Virus record (IMG/VR): IMGVR_UViG_3300043499_000238
Coordinates: 32,001-96,000 of that record
DNA: 64,000 nucleotides
Strand: one strand, 5' to 3'
Source: a virus
Positions within the stretch are counted from its first letter, which is position 1. Each line of letters begins with the position of its first letter. Below are positions 57,117 to 64,000 of the stretch, piece by piece. Both the position numbers and the translations under genes were made by a program. The notes under the pieces were generated by a model. It was not told the origin of the DNA and did not search any database. It was given only the letters and a program-made list of their open reading frames with translations.

Positions 57117-57901
57117 GACCGATGCAGGGCATTGTCGCCATCGCCGTTGTCGGTACGGCGGTCACTTGCGGTGCTGTCGCTGCAGGCGTCAACATCCGCA
57201 ACGGCAACGAGCTACCACCTGCGCCGGTCAACGTGGTCGACGTCAACGGTGCTGGTGTCGTGGAGACACCAGGCGGTGGCTCAGTCGTTGTCATCGAGGG
57301 CGAGCGCGGCCCGCAGGGCGTTCCCGGTGACCAAGGTGAGCAAGGAGACCAAGGTGAGCAGGGCATCCAAGGAGAGCAGGGCGACCCGGGTCCGCCGGGC
57401 AGTGTCGGCGAGCAAGGACCGCCTGGGAGCACGGGAGAGCGTGGTCCTGTTGGGCCTGCTGGCCGTGACGGGAGTCCTGGTCTCGCTGGCGCTCAAGGCG
57501 AGCAAGGCGCCCAAGGAGTCCCCGGTGACACCGGAGGCGTCGGACCGCCCGGTGAGGTAGGTCCGCAAGGCCAGCAGGGCGAGCAGGGAGCTACCGGAGC
57601 GCAGGGTCCGCCGGGCCAGGACGCTCAGAACGTGCCCGTGCCCGGGCCTCAGGGCGAGCAGGGCGCTGCTGGTCCAGCAGGACCGCCAGGACCGGCCGGG
57701 GAGTCCGTTACCGGCCCGCAGGGTCCACCGGGAGCGCAGGGCGCTCAAGGCGAGCCAGGAGCGCAAGGAGAGCAAGGTCCGCAGGGCGAGCAGGGACCAG
57801 CGGGCCAGGACGGTGGCTCGTGCCCTGGCTCGATCCAGACGTTCATCGTGCACGTACTCGACGGCCCCAACAAGACGATCCAAGCGTGCGTAGTTGGGTG
57901 A
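57113..57901 (+). CDS. Membrane-anchored collagen-like protein
   Basis: N-terminal hydrophobic anchor, long Gly-X-Y tract, C-terminal Cys pair. Confidence 0.85.
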   Translation: MRPMQGIVAIAVVGTAVTCGAVAAGVNIRNGNELPPAPVNVVDVNGAGVVETPGGGSVVVIEGERGPQGVPGDQGEQGDQGEQGIQGEQGDPGPPGSVGEQGPPGSTGERGPVGPAGRDGSPGLAGAQGEQGAQGVPGDTGGVGPPGEVGPQGQQGEQGATGAQGPPGQDAQNVPVPGPQGEQGAAGPAGPPGPAGESVTGPQGPPGAQGAQGEPGAQGEQGPQGEQGPAGQDGGSCPGSIQTFIVHVLDGPNKTIQACVVG

Positions 57902-57940
57902 GGTCACCGCCGAGTTAGTCCTGCGTGGGAAACTGGCGAG

Positions 57941-58471
57941 GTGACCATGACGTCGAGCGTCTTCGGTCCCGGCACCTGGTCGATGGACTACTTGGTGACG
58001 GGCGGCTGGGCCTACGCGCCCATCGGTGACGTCTACCCGCTGGAGCCGATCTGGTCGGAGAGCCATGGCGTCACGGGCGAGACCATCAACGTCGCCGACG
58101 AGCAGAACTACTACTCGCTGGTGTGCCCGTACTACGCCGACATCGACCCGTACTTCATCGTGCAGGTGACCGAGGACGACCTCGACACCGAAGACGTCGA
58201 GGAGGACGTGCCGATCGGCCCCGTGTCCACCACGGCGTGGTGCTGGCTGCCGTGGGGCTGGAGCACCGAGCACCAGGTGCTCGTGCAGCAGGTGATGAGC
58301 GGCACCGCTCCCGACGAGGTGTGGACCGGCAAGTTCAAGGTCACGTTCGAGAAGCCACTGCGCCAGGCGATCGGTCCCAACACGTTGGCCAAGTTCGCCT
58401 TCGACTTCTGGATCACCGGGGACATGGAGCGCATCCGGTTGGCCTTCGGCGACGTGGTGTTCCGACGGTGA
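57941..58471 (+). CDS. Hypothetical tail-associated protein
   Basis: ORF with SD GAGG. Confidence 0.6.
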   Translation: MTMTSSVFGPGTWSMDYLVTGGWAYAPIGDVYPLEPIWSESHGVTGETINVADEQNYYSLVCPYYADIDPYFIVQVTEDDLDTEDVEEDVPIGPVSTTAWCWLPWGWSTEHQVLVQQVMSGTAPDEVWTGKFKVTFEKPLRQAIGPNTLAKFAFDFWITGDMERIRLAFGDVVFRR

Positions 58472-58713
58472 CCGACACCATCAACGAGGCTGCGCTCGGG
58501 CCGAAGCGCAAGTTCACGGCGACCGTCGCCTTCCCGCAGTCGCGCGTGACCACGGCGCGCAGTGACGAGGTCGACTTCGTCACCGGCCCTGGCGGAACGC
58601 CGGGGACACCCGGGCCTCCCGGGCCGCAGGGCGAGTGGACGAAGATGACCCAGGCCGACTACGACGCCCTGCCCAACAAAGACCCCAACGTTCTGTACGT
58701 GATCATCGGATAA
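58468..58713 (+). CDS. Short fibre-associated protein
   Basis: Short collagen stretch plus C-terminal MTQADYDALPNKDPNVLYVI, a motif common in fibre proteins. Confidence 0.6.
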   Translation: MTDTINEAALGPKRKFTATVAFPQSRVTTARSDEVDFVTGPGGTPGTPGPPGPQGEWTKMTQADYDALPNKDPNVLYVIIG

Positions 58714-58726
58714 GGAGCAACCGGCC

Positions 58727-59308
58727 ATGCGCCACTTCGGCACCAGCTACCAGTTCGCCCACCATCGCACCGTCGATGGCGAGCGCTGTCTCATTTGGGG
58801 CAACGGCATTGGGGAACTGCTGATCCCCGTCAACTCGATCGAGTACGCCGAGGCTCTCGGCGATCGTGGTTGGCAGAACAACGCTCTCGTCAACGAGGGC
58901 GAGGACGAGTTGCTCAACACGTACTTCCGTGGACTGGCCAAGAAGACCACGCTCTACGGGCGGCTGTACGGCGCCGGGACCATTGTCGAAACGTCGACCC
59001 TCGCTGCTCCGGTGGCGACCGAGCTTGCTGCCACGAACGGCTACGCCCCGGCCACGCAGTGTGCATGGACGGTCGGCAACACCGACTTCGGTGCGCCCGC
59101 CGATGTCTCCGGCTCGCAGACGACGACTTCGACCACCAAGACGTTCACCGCCACGGGTGGAGCGTGGGCACCAGCGGTGCAGCTCATCCTGTCCGATGCG
59201 GCCACCGGTACGTCGGGCAAGCTCATCGCCTGGGTGGCTCTGTCGGCCACCCGTACGCTCGCCGCCACCGACACTCTCGACGTCTCGGTTGCTGTTGGCC
59301 TGAACTAG
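58727..59308 (+). CDS. Tail fibre-base / structural protein
   Basis: NNALVNEGE..LL..YF...FTATGG.W...L.DAATG.SG.LIAW..L...RTL...D. Confidence 0.65.
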   Translation: MRHFGTSYQFAHHRTVDGERCLIWGNGIGELLIPVNSIEYAEALGDRGWQNNALVNEGEDELLNTYFRGLAKKTTLYGRLYGAGTIVETSTLAAPVATELAATNGYAPATQCAWTVGNTDFGAPADVSGSQTTTSTTKTFTATGGAWAPAVQLILSDAATGTSGKLIAWVALSATRTLAATDTLDVSVAVGLN

Positions 59309-59311
59309 CTC

Positions 59312-60025
59312 ATGGCCGCTTCGGCCGTCAGCTTCAACGGCACGAACACCCGGTACACCCGAACGGCGCTCGGCCTGGGCGGCTCGTTCACGATGGCATG
59401 CTGGGTCAAGATCGTGGTCGACCAGAACACCTACACATCGGTACTGGCCCAGGGCGACGGAGCGAGCAACTACTACCACCTCGGTACCGGTAGCACCGGC
59501 ACGCTGTTCACCAGAGACTCGACGTCAGGTGCTGGGGCCAACAGTGGCTACGACTTCCCGATCGGTACGTGGGTGTACATCGCCACCGTCAACGACACCG
59601 GAGCGGGCAACGATCTGATGGGCTACAAGCCCGCTGGCGGGTCGTGGACGCCTCTCGCACTGGGCGCTGCCACAGTCACGGGACCGAGCGATACCAACAC
59701 GTTCTACATCGGGGCTGACTCGTTCGGCGGCTGGCTCAACGGCTCGGTCGCCGCCGTCAAGATCTGGACCGTTGCACTCACCGACGCTGAGCTACAGGCC
59801 GAGGCCGCCACCTACGCACCGGTCAAGACATCCGGGCTGTGGGCGGCGTACTCGTTCGAGAACGGCCCGCAGACCAACGACGAGAGCGGTAACGGTAGGA
59901 CGTTGACGGCAGCAGGAACGCCGACCCTCGACGCCTCGGGGCCACCCATCACCGGTAGCGGTCCACCGCCGACGTTCATCCTCACGCCGATCGTCGCCGT
60001 GCCAGCCATGCCCATGGGAGGATAG
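59312..60025 (+). CDS. LamG / concanavalin-like lectin domain protein
   Basis: FTMACWVK...WVYIA...FYIG...NGSVAAVKIWTVALT..E...DESGNGRTLT. Confidence 0.8.
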   Translation: MAASAVSFNGTNTRYTRTALGLGGSFTMACWVKIVVDQNTYTSVLAQGDGASNYYHLGTGSTGTLFTRDSTSGAGANSGYDFPIGTWVYIATVNDTGAGNDLMGYKPAGGSWTPLALGAATVTGPSDTNTFYIGADSFGGWLNGSVAAVKIWTVALTDAELQAEAATYAPVKTSGLWAAYSFENGPQTNDESGNGRTLTAAGTPTLDASGPPITGSGPPPTFILTPIVAVPAMPMGG

Positions 60026-60029
60026 GTAC

Positions 60030-60536
60030 ATGACCGAAACGTTCGCAGCACCTGGATCGCCGTGTACCGCACGAGCCAACTCTGGTGCTTCCATGGTCTC
60101 GGGTGAGGACGTACTCACCTGCGACAAGGTGCTCGGCGCCTACGGCGAGCACTCCGGCAGCCACCACGATCCGATGAAGGGCGATTGGAGCCAGATGCTC
60201 GCCGACCCAGCCTTTGATCCACTGGCCGGTACGGTCCCCTACGACCCAGCCGAGCTGCCTCCGGGGATACCGCTGACGTTGACGAGCAGCAACCCGACCG
60301 GACTCACTCAGGGCACCAGCAGCAACACCGTTGTGTTGACCGGCAGCGGCTTCGTCGATGGCTTGATGGCCGGACTCAACGGGGTCGCGGTCCCGACGAC
60401 GTTCACCGACGAGACGACGGCATCGTTCGTCACCGTGGTCGAGATGACGGAACCGGCTGGCCAGGCGGCGATATACGTCTACATCCCCGGTGGCGATCGG
60501 TCCAACGACATTCCATTCACGATTTGGGGGGCGTAA
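60030..60536 (+). CDS. IPT/TIG Ig-like domain protein
   Basis: LTSSNP...VVLTGSGF...SNDIPFTI. Confidence 0.65.
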   Translation: MTETFAAPGSPCTARANSGASMVSGEDVLTCDKVLGAYGEHSGSHHDPMKGDWSQMLADPAFDPLAGTVPYDPAELPPGIPLTLTSSNPTGLTQGTSSNTVVLTGSGFVDGLMAGLNGVAVPTTFTDETTASFVTVVEMTEPAGQAAIYVYIPGGDRSNDIPFTIWGA

Positions 60537-61003
60537 TGAGGTGGTCTCTCGCAGGCCGCTCAGCGGCGACAGCAGCGACGGCGAACCACTGTGCCTGTCA
60601 GCTCTGGAACGCATCCTCGACTCGCACCATTTGGGTGACGGCGATCGGCTGGAGCAAGACCGTTGCCACGGCCGATCAGGTGGCGTTGAAGCGCTCGACG
60701 GCACGAGGCGCCACCCCGGCGACCACGGTCACGCCGACGATCGCCTCCGACTGGGAGCGTGAGATCATCCCGCCGTCGCTGGCGGTGCTGGAGCTGGCGC
60801 TGTTCACCACTCAGCCCACGCTCGAAGGTGTGGCGCTGTTCCAGTACAGCCTCCCGGCTGCGCAGGCGTCTGGCTTCATCCTGCCGTTCGAGACCAAGGA
60901 TCTGCAGGGGATCAAGCTCATCCCCGGTGCAGGGTTGTGTCTCTACACACCGGTCGCCACCATCCTGCAACCGGCTGACGTCTTCTTCAACATCTACGAG
61001 TAG
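60536..61003 (+). CDS. Beta-sandwich virion / fibre accessory protein
   Basis: ORF coupled to its neighbours. Confidence 0.6.
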   Translation: MRWSLAGRSAATAATANHCACQLWNASSTRTIWVTAIGWSKTVATADQVALKRSTARGATPATTVTPTIASDWEREIIPPSLAVLELALFTTQPTLEGVALFQYSLPAAQASGFILPFETKDLQGIKLIPGAGLCLYTPVATILQPADVFFNIYE

Positions 61004-61013
61004 GAGCTGAGCC

Positions 61014-64000
61014 GTGCCGATCTATCGGACCGGCGCTGGCATCTACACCGTCGTCCAGACGTGGGGTCAACTGACTGGTGGTGCTGTTGACGTAGCGAGC
61101 TTCGTCTCGCAGGTCAACGTCGCTGCGCCGCCGGTCGTCCCGCAGCGTTACGTCTCGCCGCTGAACATCGCCGTCCCATCGCTCTACCTCGTCCCCACCC
61201 CGACTGCCTACGTCGAGACCGGGCTGTCGATCTCGATCACCGCCACCGTCGCCACCGTGACGGAGTCGGCCAAGTACAGAGAGCCGTGTGTCGTCACCGG
61301 CACTCCCTACCTCTACCCCACCACCGGCCGGGCCACCACGCCAGACCCCGGCATCCCTCCCTATCCCTTCCACTGGCTGGCCAAGCTGCGTGGTCCGCAG
61401 AGCACCTCGGCCTCCGACCAGTACGTCGCCAGCCAGGGCGCCGCATCCGGCTCCTACTCCTACGAGTTGGCCCGCCGTGGTACCTCGACGGCGACATCTG
61501 CGACTGGTGCTTACGTCAGTAGTGACGGGACTAACCGCTTCTTTGCCTCTGCTACGGCGCCGATCGACAAGGTGAATCCTCAGTACATCGCCGCCAGCAT
61601 TCAGGACGACACCGTCAACACACGAGCCATTGTGTACACGTCTCCCGATGGCACGACGTGGACCCAGTACGGCTCCAACTCGAACACCAGGGTCACGGCG
61701 CTGTTCGACTCCAACGATGTGGTACGTATCGGGGGTCGAGCTAACGACACCAGCCTTGGTCGGTGGGACGACCGCATCTACTGGGTCGAGATGCGTAGCG
61801 GCCTCACCATCGGTGGTGGGACGTTGCTGTGGCGCTTCGATGCGTCGGAGTGGGGTACCAGCACGACGTTGGTCGACCCTCGTGGTCTGACATGGACGTT
61901 GTCGGCAGCCGGTGCCATCGTCCAGCCGCCGGGTGTCGAGGCGACGGTCACCAGCACTGACATCTACCGCCAACATGAGCCTGGCCTCTCCATCCCGATC
62001 ACAGCAACGGTCACCTGCACCGATGCGCTGAGGCACGCCTATCAGGATCTCGGCCTCTCGATCACCATCGCCGCTGCCGTTACCGCAACCGACGTGGCCC
62101 ACCGCAAGGAGATCGGCCTGTCACTGCCGATCGTCGGAACGACAACGACATCCGACATCATCCACCGCAAGGAGCTTGCGCTCTCCGTTGCGATCGCGGC
62201 GACCGTCGCCTGCACCGACACCTACCACGCAGGGTCCACCAGCCAGAACTACAACGAGACCGGGCGCGTCCTGGCCATCGCCGCCACGACCACGCTGCCC
62301 ACCACCTCGGCGCACTACCACGAGATCGGCACCCCGACCGCAGCTCCCTACCGCTTCGCCGAGGACTGGAACACCGCCGACGCCAGCAACTGGGACTTCC
62401 TCAAGTGGCCGCACCAGCGTCCGTTCGACTCGATCTCGGGCGGCGTGGGGATGATGGCGACGGGTGGCAGCCCGACGCAGGTCTACGGCGATACGTACGT
62501 CGAAGACTTCGAGATGACGGTCAAGATGACGTGGCCGTCGTCCATTGGCGGGCAGTATCCCGAGATCGCCTGGCGAGTCGCCGACGGCATGGGGAACATC
62601 GGCAGCATCACCGCCTACGCCATCCAGATCAACGGCTCGGGCAACGGCATCGACATCTTCAAGATCGGTGCGTACTCCTCGATCGGCAGCGCCTCCGACG
62701 CTTCGCTGTTTGCTGCTGGCACACGGTGGTTCAAGATCCGTGTGGTCGGCAACAACCACAAGGTCAAGTGGTGGCTCGACGGCTCGGCCGAACCAGGCAC
62801 CTGGAACATCGACGCCACCGACGCCACGCCCCTCACCGACTCCGCCGGTCTGCCAGTCGTGGGAGGTGGCATCGGCTTCCGCTACTGGGGCGCTACGCAG
62901 ATCTGGTACGACGACCTCACCGTCACCGACCTGAACAGCACGCCACTGCCGATCGACGGCTCGCTCCGCATGCTGAGCCACGGCAAGGTCAACATGGCGG
63001 GCAACGCCAACGTCTTCAACGTCGACACCGACCTGACGTGGTGCTGCTGGTTCAAGACGACCTCCCTCGTCGTCGGCTGCCCGGTGATGTCGTTGTTCAA
63101 CGGCGGCTCCAACTACTGCATCACGACCCTGCAGTCCGACGGTGTGCTGCGCCAGTACATGAGCACGGGCGACTTCAACATCGGCACCACCCTCTCGCTC
63201 AACACTTGGTACTTCATCGCCCTGTCTCGCTCGATCACCGGAGGCTCCGACCTCTACTGGGCGCCGCAGGGCACAACGACGTTGAGCAGTGTGCACAGTG
63301 CCAGCGTCGGTGTCGTCACCGGTCAGCCGCTGCGCCTGCTGTCGGACGAGTACGGCAGCAGCCCCTACGAGATGGGTGCCGCCTTCAAGGTGTGGAAGGC
63401 AGCGCTCACCCAGGCCCAGCTCGAAGCGGAGATGGCGACCTACAGCGCCGTGCGCACCGCCAACCTGTTCGCCTCGTGGCCCATGCGCAACGGGCTGAGT
63501 CCGTACTCGGAGAACCCCGTCGACAACAACCTGCTGCTCTACTACGAGGCGGGCGGCATGGTCTCGGGGCCGGTGGCTTCCTTCCTCACCGATGCACCGG
63601 TACCGAGTGGTGGTGCGGGCAGTGGGTTGGCGATCGCGGTGGCAGCGGTCACCACTGCGACGGACAAGAAGGCGTACGCCGAGCTGGCGCTCTCCATCCC
63701 GATCGCAGCGACCGTCACCGAGACAGACCTGATCCACCGCAAGGAGCTGTCCCTCCCGCTCCCGGTGGCGGCAACGGTCACCGAGACCGGCGGGGCGCAC
63801 TTCAAGGAGCTTGCGCTATCGCTCCCCATCGCCGCCGTCGTAGCGGTCAACGACGCCTTCGGCCACCTCGGCAACTTCTCGGACCTCAACCTGTCGATCC
63901 CGATCTCTGGCGCTGTGGTGACGACCAGCAAGGCGACGTTGAAGGAGCTTGTGCGCTCCATCCCGGTCGCCGCCACCATCACCCGCACCGACGTGTACAC
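61014..64000 (+). CDS. Long tail fibre / adhesin, partial (runs off the window; absent from the ORF track)
   Basis: GTG at 61014 with SD AGGAG; same frame open where I translated it (start, about 61980-62230, 63660-64000); about 22-aa repeats KEL.LSIPIAATVT.TD..H between lectin-like modules. Confidence 0.8.
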   Translation, partial: MPIYRTGAGIYTVVQTWGQLTGGAVDVASFVSQVNVAAPPVVPQRYVSPLNIAVPSLYLVPTPTAYVETGLSISITATVATVTESAKYREPCVVTGTPYLYPTTGRATTPDPGIPPYPFHWLAKLRGPQSTSASDQYVASQGAASGSYSYELARRGTSTATSATGAYVSSDGTNRFFASATAPIDKVNPQYIAASIQDDTVNTRAIVYTSPDGTTWTQYGSNSNTRVTALFDSNDVVRIGGRANDTSLGRWDDRIYWVEMRSGLTIGGGTLLWRFDASEWGTSTTLVDPRGLTWTLSAAGAIVQPPGVEATVTSTDIYRQHEPGLSIPITATVTCTDALRHAYQDLGLSITIAAAVTATDVAHRKEIGLSLPIVGTTTTSDIIHRKELALSVAIAATVACTDTYHAGSTSQNYNETGRVLAIAATTTLPTTSAHYHEIGTPTAAPYRFAEDWNTADASNWDFLKWPHQRPFDSISGGVGMMATGGSPTQVYGDTYVEDFEMTVKMTWPSSIGGQYPEIAWRVADGMGNIGSITAYAIQINGSGNGIDIFKIGAYSSIGSASDASLFAAGTRWFKIRVVGNNHKVKWWLDGSAEPGTWNIDATDATPLTDSAGLPVVGGGIGFRYWGATQIWYDDLTVTDLNSTPLPIDGSLRMLSHGKVNMAGNANVFNVDTDLTWCCWFKTTSLVVGCPVMSLFNGGSNYCITTLQSDGVLRQYMSTGDFNIGTTLSLNTWYFIALSRSITGGSDLYWAPQGTTTLSSVHSASVGVVTGQPLRLLSDEYGSSPYEMGAAFKVWKAALTQAQLEAEMATYSAVRTANLFASWPMRNGLSPYSENPVDNNLLLYYEAGGMVSGPVASFLTDAPVPSGGAGSGLAIAVAAVTTATDKKAYAELALSIPIAATVTETDLIHRKELSLPLPVAATVTETGGAHFKELALSLPIAAVVAVNDAFGHLGNFSDLNLSIPISGAVVTTSKATLKELVRSIPVAATITRTDVY

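Noticed and set aside
63274-63284. Operator copy inside the fibre gene
   Set aside because: It lies in coding sequence (Thr-Thr-Leu) with no promoter context; probably chance.
59312-64000. Diversity-generating retroelement acting on the fibre genes
   Set aside because: No reverse transcriptase and no adenine-specific TR/VR repeat pair seen in this window.

Overview
This window is part of a large, high-GC tailed phage genome with a contractile tail (myovirus). The host is probably an actinobacterium; the Thr-rich secreted proteins suggest Acidimicrobiia/Ilumatobacter-like hosts, which is inference only. Layout: (1) 66-6860, a + strand train of tiny, translationally coupled, often Cys/His-rich early ORFs; (2) about 7100-7860, a non-coding palindrome-rich region; (3) 9354-14971, a - strand train of tiny ORFs; (4) 15056-22741, an island of secreted surface proteins (two N/T/G/A-rich beta-solenoid or amyloid-like proteins, Thr-rich mucin-like proteins) plus a SAM methyltransferase; (5) 23178-38841, an HTH regulator, KTSC protein, terminase, portal, scaffold and major capsid, interleaved with small enzyme-like ORFs (ADP-ribosyltransferase-like, zincin, GNAT, ParB-like, HhH-like); (6) 38852-64000, neck, sheath, tube, chaperone, tape measure with two muralytic domains, baseplate, spike, lysis genes and fibres. 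No replication genes, integrase, tRNA or CRISPR array were seen. Best candidates for undescribed biology: (a) the head-module enzymes share a short D/E-H-L-G/N-x-Q-F peptide that resembles the scaffold C-terminus (candidate capsid-loading tag for injected effectors), and several also carry QxxLF clamp-binding-like motifs; (b) a roughly 325-nt, independently promoted, highly structured non-coding RNA between terminase and portal; (c) a phage-borne amyloid-like fibre operon; (d) a palindromic CAACGNCGTTG operator sitting inside many promoters. All functional calls come from motif recognition by eye; no database searches or folding programs were run.
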